Of a stretch of 64,000 bases of DNA, positions 12,401-25,901 are shown one piece after another. The position numbers were made by a program, and so were the translations under genes. The DNA is taken from the NCBI GenBank assembly GCA_001643675.2, contig LSRY02000001.1, forward strand, positions 186,001-250,000, given 5' to 3'. Source of the stretch: Monocercomonoides exilis PA203 (Eukaryota > Protista > Preaxostyla). Position 1 is the stretch's first letter; every line of letters starts with the position of its first letter. The notes beneath the pieces are model-generated. The model did no database searches, was not told the origin of the DNA, and saw only the letters and a list, made by a program, of their open reading frames with translations.

Positions 12401-15400
12401 CATATATCCATCCTCCTTTTCCACCACTCACCTTCTCTGCCACACATTTCTCCGTCATCCCCTCTTTCACGCAAATCATCCCTGAATCAAGGATATTCAC
12501 CCTCACTGCCCCACCACTCATGCTCTCTCCTCCTGTGATGTCACTCATGTTGCTCTGTTCTATCTTCATCACTCTCCTCACCTCGGCACATATCGCAGCT
12601 GATTCATCTGCACCAACAACAAACAAACTTCCAAACGAGCAGTTGCTAATGCTCACTGACTCTTCATCGACTCCATTTTGTTCCATCTCAAGAAGAGCAA
12701 GATCCATCAGACACTTTCTTGTTCTGATGGAATTTATTGATATCCACTTCATCCTCACAGCCTGTCCACTGCTTCTGATGATTCTATATTCTATTGCATC
12801 TTCTTCCCCTTCCTGCATTCCAAACGAACACAATTCCATCTGCAAAACACCACTTGCTGTTCCTGAGCTTATCACCACTTCTCTCCTCTGTTCAAATGAT
12901 TCAGGCAATTCAAACCCAACATTCACAAACACACTCAATCCCTTCGAATCAAGAACACTTTTCCCTTCTCCTTCAATTCCTTTCTGCACAACCACCTTCA
13001 TTCTCTTGTTGTCTTTCCCTTCAATCCTCACTCCACTCACATTTGTCACATTCTCAACACTTGTGCTCCCGCTTATCACAATTCTCTTTTCTCCCTCTCC
13101 ACCAAGCCTCCAAATGCCATAATCCACACTCCTGCACGGACAATTCTGCATCCCACACCATATTCCATTGTCTCCGTTCTCACTCTCCACATTAATAACC
13201 GACGAGCTGTATCCATCAATGAATATGAACAGATCAACCTCATTCACAAACTTCAACTTATCCTTCCCCATCAGTGAGTTCTCTCTCTCGCTTATCTCTC
13301 CACTGAATGAGAAACTGCTTCCATTCACAACCCTCCTCAGATCATCACACACAACATACACATCTCTCCCCTTCCTTGCTCTATTCCATTCAAACCTCAC
13401 TCCGCTGAGATGAAAACTGCATCTCTCTCCTTCTATCCCCAGCCACAACCCTCCTCCACACCCTCCTCCATTCATTGTCCCTTCCAGTCCAGCCGAACAT
13501 TTCTTCATCAGTGTCACTTCTGCTTCGCTCCTGATTCTCAGTTGTGCATTCTCTTTTAAATCAATCATCATTCCTCCTCCATTCTTTTTCTCTGCAGCAC
13601 ATCCCTCAACACTTGTGTTCCACACTTCAATTTCACCACCTTCTCCAACCACCCCACTCACCATCCCTCCATCTCCTTCACTCACTCGTACATTACTCCC
13701 ATTACATCCCCAGATAGATATCTCCTTTGCCTCAACTCCTTTTATTATCCCTGAATCAACAAAATTGCACGAACTCCACTTGCATTCTCTCCTCCTTGCA
13801 ACACAGTTACCACCTGCACAAATCAAACTGTTTCTTCCCATTTCGCTCCCACTGACAATCGCACTTTCCGCTGTGAGTGTGCTTCCTTCCTTGCAAACAA
13901 CAAATCCCATTTCTCCTTCAAAGGTCATATCATTCAGCTCCACATTCTTCAACGAGACAGATGACAATCCCCCATTCGCTTTTATCACAGGCTTCCCGAA
14001 ATTCATTGAATCCAATCTCAGTGAAGTCACATTCGCCTCTCCACACTCCACAATGATCAAGCTGTATTCAACAGAATTCACTTCTGCTCCAAATGTGATC
14101 ACACATTCACTCAAGTTCAGTGTTTCTCCTTTCAACTGGAATATCGCCTCATGATCCTCAAGAACAGATGGCATCACCAGCTCGATCTTCCTCATCCTTG
14201 TTTCCTTCAGCACCACAAACACTCCAACGCATCCTTCCTCATCTCCTTTGCGTGCAGCCTCGCCTTCAATTACAAGCGATCCATCATCCTCTGTTCCTTC
14301 AATCACTCTTGAGGATTTCGAAAAGACAACTGTCGAGCCAACCTCAACTCCATTTCCAATTTTGATTGTTGTTGTTGTTGCTCCATCTGCTGGCGTGTTC
14401 TCTTCCCTCTCAATCGGACAGTTCAATGATCGGCACTCGAAAAATGTGTGTCCACACCGTGGATGATCAACACCTGATGAAGAAACATAGATCTCATTCT
14501 TCGGAACATCCAAAAGATAGCACACAATCGGAATCACCAGTGTTGCATTGTTCGTGTCTCCCACTCCCTCCACTTCATGCACATCCTCGTTCAAAAGAGA
14601 AATAAATCCAAATTGCCCTTCCGGTATCAATTCCAACTGAGGCGATGCAATAAACACATTCGCCCCATGTTCTGCACGATTGCCTTCAAATCCCACATTC
14701 ACAATCTCAAACACTGTTGTTGGTGATGAAAGCTCCAAATACACACCTCCTCCTCTCCCCTTCTCCTCTCCACTTCCCTTCTCTGCTCCACATTCTCCAA
14801 TCAATGTTGTCACCTCTCCTCTGCCAATCTTGAATATCCCACTTTTATCGACCCTCCAAGCGATAGCACCTCCATTCCCTTCCTTGCACTCACAGTTTCT
14901 GAATGTGGTGTTCTCCAGCTCCCAAGAATCGCTTCTCTCACTTTGAGAGCTGAATATCGCTCCATCTCCCCTCATCCGACAAATGTTTTGAATAGTCACA
15001 TTTCCCAGCATCCCTCTCCCAACTCCACTTTCCTCCTCTTCCTCAAACAATGAACAATCTCCCAGTCCAATACCCTCAATCAAGCAATTTTCCATTTTCG
15101 TTTTCTCAAATATCACTTTGAATGGTGAAACATCAAATGAGTGTGTTTGCCCATCTTCTGCCCCTGATATGATCACATTCTTCAGTGTCAGTTTCTGAGC
15201 TCCTGTTCGCATTACAAACAATGAAGACGATGATTCTGCACTGTTGTGCCGAATTGTCACCAAAGATAATCCCATCGATCCCGAATCCAATGTGAACAAA
15301 TACTCATGAGAATTCAACAATTCTGTGTTGATGACACACTCGCCCTAGCTTTCGCCTTTGAATGAAATGTCTCCACCTTCAATGAATAGCGCCTTTGAAG

Positions 15401-17066
15401 AGTACGAAGATCGAAGGATATTTACTGTTCCCTCTGCTCCTTTCTCAATCATGTTAAATGCCTGCTCAATCGTGTTGCATGGACTGCCTTCAGAAAGACC
15501 ACAAACAGGTCCTTCGACACCGGTTGCACTTGTATATGTTGTTCGAACTGTTGGGAGCCATTCATCGTAATTTGTTTGACTGTTATTATAAAACACTCTA
15601 TTTGCAGGAGATGTTGTGTATGACAATTTAAATGGCGAACTTTTCAGACATTCATTTTTTATTTTAACATCATGGCCCTCTTCGTTTCTTGCCTTGTTTC
15701 CTGTGAAAAAGCAAAATGCTATTCTCTCTGGAGTTGAATCAGTCTCCATCCAACTTGATGTTCTCATGAAAATACCTCCACCCCCTCCTTCAAAATTTCC
15801 CGATCCTGCTCCATTTGCCTTGTTCCCTTCAAATTCGCATTCTGTGATTAAATAAGGGCTCTGTTGTTGCTCTATATATAACCCTCCACCATAGGATGCG
15901 GCTTGATTGAAAAAAAATTTGCATTTTTCAATTGTTGCATTCGTATTTCCAAGTGGATGAAAAATACGTAATCCACCTGAAAATGCATTTATACACATGC
16001 ACTCGTAAAAAGAACATTCAGATATATTATAATCACCTTTTAAATGGTACATTATCATCCCACCTGTATTGCTATTAGCAACGCAATGAACAAAGCTGCA
16101 ACATGACAATTTTACATATGTTGCAGAATGAATGCAAACGGCTCCATCGATGTTATGACTCATATTAATAAAAGAACATCTTACACATACAAGAGTCGAA
16201 TTTCCATTTAAATAAATCGCACTTCCAGCAGGTGAGAAACCTGGATTATGCCATTCGCAATCAGAAAATGAATGTGTTTCATTTTCTTCCAGAGTCTGTT
16301 TTGTCATGTTATGATTGTGTGATTCGTTCACATTTTTCAATCGAGAGCAGCATTCAAATGAGGAATTTAACACAGTTAGCGAAGTGCTTGGGGTGTTCAT
16401 CGATTTCACAATTCCTCCATAAATAACATCACTCACTTTGGAGAATATGCAACTTTCAATCATTGTTTCCGTATTTACTCTCAGATCCAATTCTCTTTGC
16501 GCCCCAGAATCAACAGAAATGTTTACCATCTTCAGACGAGTGACATTCACAAAACAGCTAATATTCTGTGAAAGAAACGGAACAGACGATAGTTCAAATG
16601 ATGAAAATGACGAGTCAGAGAGAGAAACGTCGCAAATCACATTGCTGGAAGCCTTAAGCACGGATGAGCTAAAAAGTTGCGGAATATGTTCAAACGGATT
16701 CACAGTGGAAAGAGAGAGATTCACCGAATTGATGCTTCCTCCATCCATCGCAAATGGTCTCACATTTGATGAGACTGAAATCACGCATCCTCTCATGTTA
16801 AGTGTTGACCTCTCACAAACGAAAAAGCAAGCTTTTCCTTCCAACTGAATCTGCAGCACACTCGCTGTGCTCACTGAGCAATTCACAGCAACAAATTCCG
16901 ATAGAATCTTGCTGAACTGATTATTTTCTGGTGTACAAATATCATTCCTGCAAACTGGCAGCCGGAACACAACTTTCTTATCCAATTCACACATCTCCTT
17001 AGCTGATGCTTCTTTGACTTCGCTGACTGCAAGAACTCTTGCAATTATCACAAACACTATTTTCAT
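7995..17066 (-). CDS. About 3020-codon receptor-like pseudokinase paralog interrupted by one in-frame TAG (15345-15347); possible pseudogene
   Basis: The 573-aa ORF (signal-peptide-like MKIVFVIIARVLAVS) and the 2441-aa ORF are in the same frame: ...FKGES*GECVINTELLNSHEY... The TM is near-identical and the pseudokinase tail identical to those of the first gene. Confidence 0.75.
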
Positions 17067-17265
17067 TATTCTGCTGAAGTGCTATTCGCTCTGAGCTGCA
17101 AGCAAGAATGTACAGGAAAAATTCTAATTATCACAATGACCCATAGTATTCTTCAAATTTTCATCAAAAATAAAATTACATTTGTTTTTTCAAAATAATC
17201 TCAAATAATATTATTAACAAATACAAAAATTATGCAATAAAAAAATACAAAAATTGTCAAAATTT

Positions 17266-17266
<1 letters not shown>

Positions 17267-17297
<31 letters not shown>
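17267..17297. repeat. poly(A) tract of about 31 nt
   Basis: Read directly; intergenic, upstream of the receptor gene. Confidence 0.9.
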
Positions 17298-17299
<2 letters not shown>

Positions 17300-17762
17300 T
17301 TTTGTCCACATATAATTTATTATTTTAATTATTTATTTATTTTGCGATTGATTGATTGATTATTATTTGAAAAAACTTAGCAAGACACCTAAAAAAAAGA
17401 AACTTAAAAAAATTGTAAGTGAATGAGTGAGTGTAAGTGTGAAAATATATATTGCGAACGAGTGATAGTGGGGACTCGAATTTACAATAATTCTTAAATT
17501 TCTCAACAAAAAATTGTTTATACACACAAATTAGTAACTCAATGAAGCAATACATTGAGGTCTAATTGAAGATTTATGATGTGAAAGAAAAGAATTGAAA
17601 GAACAATATCAATCAAAATATCCTTGAAAATTGAAGAAAACATAAACATCAGCAAAAAATGAAATGGAAATACCCAAGGGATGTTAATAAAATTTTATGT
17701 CTCTGTAAGCAACATTCGCTTTGTCTTTTTAACACATCTTCAATATCATGTTGAAATTAAAA

Positions 17763-20700
17763 TTAGTTTTCTTTAATACGATTTTCTTGCTTTCGGTTCT
17801 GCTCTTCTTTCATTTGTCTCAACTTATTTTCTCTTTTATTGAGAATATTTTCCATTTCCATTATCTCCCGTTCCATAACCACCCATGGAGGGTAAGTTAT
17901 CCCATACTTCCTGAATTTTGTCAAAAATGCATCGCTTTTTTTCCCAAAGTAGAATAATGATATTTCATGTGGCATCGAAGAGCTAGCTGTCTTAACATCC
18001 CCAGAACCGTCGCCTGTGTTTTCCCAGAACTTCAGCCTGTGTGAGAAAAACAGCGTGTGGCAGTGAGGATGATGGAACGCAATGTCAAACCAACGCGACG
18101 AAGGAGCAGCGCGACACAACACAAACAGCTCTTTGCAGTGCTTGCGGGTGTACTCATTGAGCGCATGGTTCATAAATACCCCAATCAGAGAAAATGGAGG
18201 ATTCACATACACAATGTCAGCATTCCAGCTCTTCTCCAGTGCTGAGGCGCACCAAAACTGTCTCGCACCCACAATCCTCTGCGCAGCTGGCTCGCTCGCA
18301 GGATCGAGATCGATGGGCCGGCGTTCCATCTCAACAATTGATGCTATTATATCAGGAGGGGTAAACCACTTGTCAGTCGCACGTGATATGAAAATGGTTG
18401 AATAGTGGTTCGACATTTGATGTGTTACAATTCCTGAAGGTGGCAGATATGCTGAACGGGGAAGAGGATGTGCAGTGGATGTAGACGGTTGGCTGGAAGA
18501 AGGAGAAGCAGAAAGCTGCAGTGGAAGAGGAAGTGTGTGTGGAAGTTGAAGAGGGGGAGGCAGTTGCAACGAAGTGTCAGATGGTGAGGAGGAAGGGATC
18601 ATTGGTGACTGTGAAGAATATGGCGATTGGTAAGGATTAGGAGATCCAAGTGGAGTAGAGAGGAAAGGAATGTCCTGCTGGGAAGGGCCGAAAGGTGAGG
18701 AAAACGGGGAATAGATCGAGGCAGATGATGGAGGAGAAAAGAAAGGAGAAGGCAGAGGAGAGTATGATGGTGAGTTAGAAGGATGTGAGGTGTCAGAGTC
18801 TGACGTGTCGGAAGCGTTAGGTGTGTCTGCTTGCAAGTTCAGTGGAAGTTCAGGTGGAATCAACTCGGGAATGGCAAGAGGAGGGCCAAATTGTATTTGG
18901 CTTGTTAATTTTCCTTCTGGTTCAGTTTTCAGTTGCGGGTTTGAAGAATTGCTTTGTGTGGATTCGCTGGGGATCTTCTCATCCATCGGTAAGCCAAAGC
19001 AGATTGCATTTTGTTTACTTTCCAACTGCTTTGAAAAATCATTCAGCACATTTCTTGGCAATTCTCGAGTGTAGTTTTCTTCTGAACCTTGCTTTTCTGC
19101 TCCTATAAGCCTTTCTTGTTTCAAATCCATCTGCTGTTCTTCTTTCACTTTGAATTCTTCATCAAAAAGAGTGCTCTCTTCTTTTGCTTCACCTTGATCG
19201 TTTTCTTCATCTTCATTTATTATTCTCTTTCTGCCTTTCCCCTTCTTTTTAGCACTTTTATCAACGGCTCCAGGTTTTCTTCCTCTTTTCTTTTTCGCAC
19301 CTACCTCCATTTGTATCTGCTCCTCGTATCCACCATTCACAGCCTCCTCAAACTCACCACCACAATCAGCTTGCACAAAACCTTTTGGATTCAAAATTTG
19401 CTCTTCAATCAGCTTTTCGATGTCCACATCACTTGGGACCATTGTCACTTCCAATTCGCTCAGCGGGACATCTGCCCAGTTTGCTCGCTGCTCCTGTCTC
19501 TGCACTTCTTCATGCATATTGCTTGCTTCCTCGCTTGTTGAGGAGATGGAGGATGAAGAAGAAGCATTGCTTGATGATGGTGAAGAAAAGGAAGAAATAG
19601 AAGAGGATTGATCAGATTGAAGTTGAAGTGATTCGTTTTGCATAGAAGATGAGTTAGCTTTAGATATATTTTGTTGTAATTTTTTCATATGCTTCTTCTG
19701 CATTATCATCATTCCCCATTCGTCAAGTGTTTCATATGGAGGAAGCGGATAAGGGAAATATATTTCTCCGTTGCTTCCCTTGATCACCTTATTGAAATAC
19801 TCCGGAGTATAGACCGAGTCTTTGAACGGGTCCGGAGACTCTGCCCTCGCCCTACTCAGCGCGCTTCCCGTGTCAGATTTCTGCCTGTGTGGCGGTTTCA
19901 AAACAGGTCTGGTTTTCATCAGTTCTTCCATTTCCTCACTATAATCGCTTTGAAGGTCTGAATGGTCGTAATTGATGTCTAAGATGTTACTTCCTCTCTC
20001 TGAATGCTTTTTCATTGTGTTTCTTGCTCCAGGCTTTCTCCCTCTCCGCTTTGGAACTTTTTGCTCATCCGCTGAAGAAGCCAGTTTGCTTGCAGAGCTT
20101 TTTCTTTCTCCTCTTTTCCTCCCTTTTCGATGAAGAGGAAAAGAAAAAGGAAGCGAATCTCGGAAAAGATCACTTTGCTGTGATGTCGGATCTTCAACAG
20201 AAGAATTATGCTGCATGTTGAACGTCTTTAGAGCTTCTATAACTTCAGGCAGAAGTGGGAGAGGTGGAGGTTGTGGAAGAAGCTCGGACTCTTGCGAATC
20301 ATCTTGCTTTTGCTTCAAAACTACGCGAAAGCAAAAACTTCTCTCATTTGAATTTGGTATGTTATTGTTTTCTTCGTTTTGCATTTGATTATCTTCTGTT
20401 TTAAATGTCAGCTTATTGACGCGTCTAGATTTTGGTATTGGCCTCTTCACGTGCGGAGGCTTAGAGATTTTTGTTGGAATTTGCGTTAATTTAATGAGAT
20501 TCTTGTATTCATCAGCAGATTTGTACGTTGATCGCATCGAACGTTCTCTTTGAATAGACTGTGACTGATTTTCCGGGATCTCTGCTTGAACAGAGGAATT
20601 ATTTATTTCAGATAGATTTGATAGTTGGTTCTCCATAATTTCTCTAGAAGATATTTGATTTTCTGATAAAGAAAAATTCTCATCTTTTACTGTGAATTGC

Positions 20701-21160
20701 TCTTTTTGTTCGTCAACATCTTCTGAAAACGGAATTTCTGAAGAAGATGTTTTCTTCTCTGATCCTTCGTTAAAAAGATTATCAGAATTTGATTCATCTT
20801 CAGATTCAAATTCAGAGAAAAGATCTGATGAAGAATCACTTTGTTCTTCTTCTTTGAGGATGAGCAAAATGAAAAGATTAAATATTCAATAGAATGACAC
20901 TTTTCTCAAAAAACAAAAGCAAACCTTTTTCATGCTCATATTCTTCTGTTGTCAACGTTGATTCGCTGACAAAACCATTCTGTGCATTTGCAATTCCTTC
21001 ATTACTTTCTTGAATTTGAAAATGCTCATCTTCTTCAAGCGACTTATCAGATGCCTCTGAAGCTTTTGAAACAAAATAATTTTGTTGCAACAAATTAAAC
21101 AAGTATAATAAGGATATAATGAAATTTTCAATTCATAATTTTTTCCCGCATACTCGCCAT
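17763..21160 (-). CDS. Putative DNA N6-adenine methyltransferase (phage Dam-like) with a long disordered N-terminus carrying AT-hook-like basic motifs
   Basis: C-terminal domain: KWFTPP, IDLDPAS, ALEKSW, VYVNPPFS, SSRWF, RLKF, SLFYFG. N-terminal KRRGRKPG and KKRGRKPG. Predicted exons 21160-21154 (ATGGCGA), 21062-20925 and 20851-17763, joined in frame by GT-AG introns (MATSEASDK...). Confidence 0.8.
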
Positions 21161-21258
21161 CGTTCCTTTTCTGAAAGAATAAGATAATTTTCAAATTCAG
21201 AAAGAAATTACAATGGGCTATTGATCACAAAACTGAAGTGCTAGACGCTTAAGGTCGC
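21161..21258. promoter_or_regulatory. Putative compact bidirectional promoter (98 bp between divergent start codons)
   Basis: Predicted ATGs at 21160 (-) and 21259 (+); depends on the manual gene models. Confidence 0.45.
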
Positions 21259-23344
21259 ATGGGTCGGACTAAAAGAAATGATCCTTCGTTAGTATTATGT
21301 AAGCACCTTCGTCAGCCAGAGCTTGATGAACTGAAAGCAATTGCAGATAGAGGAATTCCTTTAAGATGTTCTGATTGTGATGAGCAGAAAAGAGAGCAAG
21401 GGCACGAAGTTTGTTTAACAAAGACATTATTAATATGAATTATTTAAGTATAAATACAGTTTAGCGTGTGCCTTCTTTGCGGAGATATTACTTGTCCTGA
21501 TCATACAAAAGATCATTATCAACACGAAAAAGAGCACTCAACATTTTTTTACACTGGGCCTCCTCAACATTTCAGGTATATACTTTTTTCTTTCATATTT
21601 TCTTTTTTAAAGATTTTTTAAACGAAAAATTATGCATGAAATGCATCAATGTTTCTCGAAAACGAAAGATGTTTTTGTAAAAAGAATAACTCAAAGTTTA
21701 TAATTCCAGATGATCCAGATTTGTGGCCAAAAGAATTGAGGCCTTTGAACAAAATTCTTAAAAAATTTAGTACACTTCTGGTTTCTACTCCTGAACCGCA
21801 ATCGGAAGATGAAAACCTGAATAAAAATAATATTGACGAAGAAGAAGAAGAAGAAGAAGATTTGTCATACGTTATGGAGAGAATTAAACAGATGGATTTG
21901 GAAGAGCAATCAAAACCTCGGTTTGTTGAAAAATCAACAAAAAATCAGCCATCTGAGCAATCCCAGACAACACTTTATGCTTCAGCTCAACAGCAAATCA
22001 AAGGGTTCCAGAATCTGGGCAACACGTGTTTTTTCAACAGCATTTTGCAGTGCCTTATGCAGACTGAGGCGCTCCGGCAGCACTTCGTCGAGAAGCCTCC
22101 GCCAGAGCCGCTATCTGAGCAAAAACGCGCTGAGGTGTATTTGTCAGTGCAGATTCTGCGGAGGAGAATGAGGGAAATGGCAGAGGAGGCAGCGAGTAGG
22201 GGAAGAAGTAGGGGCAGAGAAGGAGAAATTGGATTTGAAAGGAAGAGAAAAGAAGGAGAAGGCAAAAGCAGTGTAAAGTGGGGAAGGATGGCAGACAGTC
22301 GAGTGTCGTTTGAGGCGCAGCTGGAGGCGGTGCTGCCGCTGCTGCCGAGAGTGAATGTGGAAGGAAGAACGACAGTTGCACTGAGAACGCTGTTTCGGAT
22401 GTTTTGGACGGGAAGAGGAAGCGAAGGAGGAGGAGGAGGAGAAGGAGAAGGAGAAAAGATGGAGAATGATGAAGATAATTGTGGAGAGCTGATACAAAAC
22501 ACGAAAAACTATAAAAATTCCTGGAAGAAAGCGAAAAACCGCAAGAAAAGGCAGCAAGCTCTGCAGAGTTCTGAGCGGACGCTTGTTCCGTGGGACCTGC
22601 TGATCAGCATCGCGCACTACGACCACCAGTTTGCTGGGTTTCAGCAGCAAGATGCATTAGACCTGCTGCTCACTCTGTTCCAGGCACTCGACACGGAAGA
22701 GGAGAAGAGGATGGCGTTGGCAGAGTATTTCAGACATGCACAGACGGTGCTGAGGGAGAGAAGGTTCAGGAGAGTGCTGGGGGAGGTGTTTGAGAGGGAG
22801 GGAGAGGAGGAAGAAGGGGGAGAAGGAGAAGATGGAGAAGAAGGAAGAGGTGAAAGAGAAGGAGAAGAAGATCAATCAGAATATGACAAGCCTCTTTTTC
22901 TGCAGTTTAAGGAAGCAGTGAAAGCGCTTGAAGAAGCAGAGGGAGAAGAAAGAAATGAAAAGAAGAACGAGCAAAAGGGAGAGAAGGACGAGGATAATGA
23001 AGTTGATAATGATAAGGAAGAAGATGATGAAGACGAAGAAGAAGAAGAGGATGATGAGGAGGAGGAAGAAGAAGAAGAAGAAGAAGAAGAAGAAGAAGAT
23101 GATGATGATGAAGGGGAAAGTGATGATTCTTCAAGTTCAAGTTCAAGTTCATCATCATCTTCTTCTCAGTCATCAACAAGTGCCGAAGAAGAGAAAGAAG
23201 ACGATGATGATAAAGATGATGATGAGAAAGAGAAAGAGGGCAAGAAAAAAGAAAAGAAAACGAAGAAAACAAAGAAATCTTCACAAAAGACAAAGCAACA
23301 AGAACAAGATAAAACACAACATCAACAGAAAAGTTCATCATCAT

Positions 23345-23375
<31 letters not shown>

Positions 23376-25797
23376 CTCCTCCTCCTGCTCTTCTTCTACT
23401 TCCAGTTGCAATCCACATCATCGCCTTCACCCAACTTTTGTTGAAGAAATCTTTCGTGGCGATCTCATTTCAATGAGAAGATGTGTCGTGTGTGGAAACA
23501 TCTGCAACAGCACCAGCGAATTCTACAACCTCTCTCTGCCTCTTGCTCCTCCTTCTCCTTCTCTTCTTTCGCATTCATCTTCATCATCTTTTTCTTCTTC
23601 TTCTTTTATCCTTTCTCTTCTCCAACAGACAGAAGTTTGTTCATCATCTGCTTCTTCTTCTTCTTCTTCTTCTTCTTCTTCTCAGCCTTCTCAATTGCAA
23701 TCTCAATCAATCCAACGACAACAACAAGAAGAAGAGATAAAACAAAACATGAATGGAAATAATTCATCAGTCAATCAAACTTCTTCTTCTTCTTCTTCTT
23801 CTTCAACGCAAACATCCAAATTGCTCGATGAAGAAACATTTTCCCTGTTGCAAATGTATCAGTCCACTCTTCCTTCACTTGATGCACTCACAACTCATTC
23901 AGAATTAGAATCATCATCATCATCTTCTTCTTCCTCCTCCTCTATCTCTTTCTCTTCCTCATCTTCCCCTTCTCCTTCTCCTCCCTTCCCCCTCTCCCCT
24001 CCCCCCACCACCCTCTGCTCCTCCCTCGAAGAAGCACTCGGTCGTTTCTTCTCAACTGAAATGCTGCAAGGTGAAGAAAGTCCCACATGCGACGTGTGTT
24101 CAGAGCGGCTGAGGAAGATTCGGCAGCTGCAGGAAGAGGAGATGGAGAGGATGGAGATGATGAAGGGGATAGAGGAGTCGTTGAGGGTGATGGAGGAAGA
24201 GGAGGAGAAGAGGAAGAAGAAGAAGGAGAGGGAGAAGGGTGAAGGAAAGGGTGAAGAAGGAAAGGAAGGAGAGAAAGAGAAAGAAGAGAAAGAAGATATA
24301 AAGCAAACAAATTCTGATGCAATATCATCATCTTCATCTTCTTCTTCTTCTTCTTCTTCAGAATCAATAACAGCAAATGACGAAGCTATAGCTCTTGCTC
24401 TTGCTGCAGGAGACGAAGAATATTTGGATCCATCTCTTCTTGCTTCTTCATCTGACATCATTTCACAACCTTATTCATCATTATCATCTTCTTATTCTTC
24501 TTCCTCTTCCTCCTTTTCCTCTTCTTCCTCTTCCTCTTCCATTTCTTCCATTTCTTCTTCTTCCTCTTCCTCCTCTTCCTCCTCCTCCTCCTTCTCCTTC
24601 TCCCATCACTCCCCTCTCCTTACACCTCATCTTCTTTTTCTCTCTCTTCGTGTGCCTGCGCAGCTGAAGATGCTCGTACGCTCTTTTCCAAAAGTGTTGG
24701 TGATTCATCTGAAAAGGTTTGCCGGCGGGTTAATTGGAGGGAAATTATTTGACAATGGGAATAATAATGATGGTTATGACAGTTATGATAGAAATAAGTA
24801 CAAAAAGAGAGGAGAAGAAGAAGAAGAAGAAGATGATGATGATGATGATGAAGAGAAAGAAAGGGGAAAAGAGGAAAAGAGGAAGAGGAAGAATAAGAAG
24901 AATAAGAAGGAGAAAGAAGAAGAGGAGAAGAAAAACAAGAAGAAATCCAAGAAACATAAGCACAAAAGATCCGAAAAGGGCGAGAAAGATAAAAAACACC
25001 AACATCATCACAATAATAATAATAGGCATAATAATAAACATAACCATCATCATCATCGTCATCATCAAACATTGCATAAAATCGATAATTATGTTAGCTT
25101 CCCCTTCTTTCTTGATCTGAGCCAGTATGCGTGGATGAGCAAGGAAGAAGAAGAAGAAGTGAAGGAGTGGAAGGAGAAGCAGAAGAAGAGGTTTGAAGAG
25201 CTAACAAGAAGGACACATGATAGAGAAATAGAAGAAAGTTATGTTGTTTCTGAAGAAGAGAAAAGGTTAGCAGAAAGAGGAAGAGAACAAAGTGCATTAA
25301 TAACAACTGATTCATCGTCATCATCTTCTTCCTCTCCTTCCTCTCCTTCCTCTTCTTCTTCTTCTTCTTCCTCCTCCTCCTCCTCTTCTCCTTCACCTGA
25401 AGCTGCAGCAGACCTGCCAGCAGCCAAAATGCCCTCACTCTCTTGTGGCTCATCGAGCTATTCGCTTTATGGCATCGTCTCTCACAGCGGGTCTCTTCAC
25501 GGCGGACATTATGTCTCATACACACGAAGATGCCAAGGAAAAGAAATGGAGGTTTGTATTTTATTTTATTTGAAATTTTTGATTTTATTGTATTTTATTG
25601 TATTTTATTGTATTTTATTAATAATTCAATATTAATTTTTTTATGTGTTTTTGTATTAATTTCATTGAAATTTCCTCTTTTATTATTTACAGAATGAATG
25701 GTTCTTTGAATCAGATACAGTTACAAGACCTGCATCAATTAAAGAAGTCAAGAGTGCCGAGGCGTATATTCTTTTTTACGAACAAATTTCTTCATGA
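21259..25797 (+). CDS. Ubiquitin-specific protease (peptidase C19) with N-terminal zf-UBP, USP16/45-like architecture
   Basis: Spliced N-terminus CKH..CSDC..VCLLCG..C..H..HY..H..CFC. Cys box GFQNLGNTCFFNSILQCL, QQDA, LVIHLKRF, His box HSGSLHGGHYVSY. Last exon reads NEWFFESD...AYILFYEQISS*. Many poly-S/E/D inserts. Confidence 0.9.
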
Positions 25798-25901
25798 TGC
25801 ATTTTAATTTAACTTTTGGTAATACTTTTTAACTTTGAGTTGATTTATTTTAATAAAACAAAATCATTTTTAATTTTTAGCAATTTATTTATAAAAAAAT
25901 A

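Noticed and set aside
1125-14946. Long antisense ORFs (e.g. 1125-2402, 8203-9357, 11311-13122)
   Set aside because: Shadows of skewed coding strands; no motifs.
17267-17297. poly(A) as the tail of a retroposed element
   Set aside because: No TSD or element body recognised upstream.
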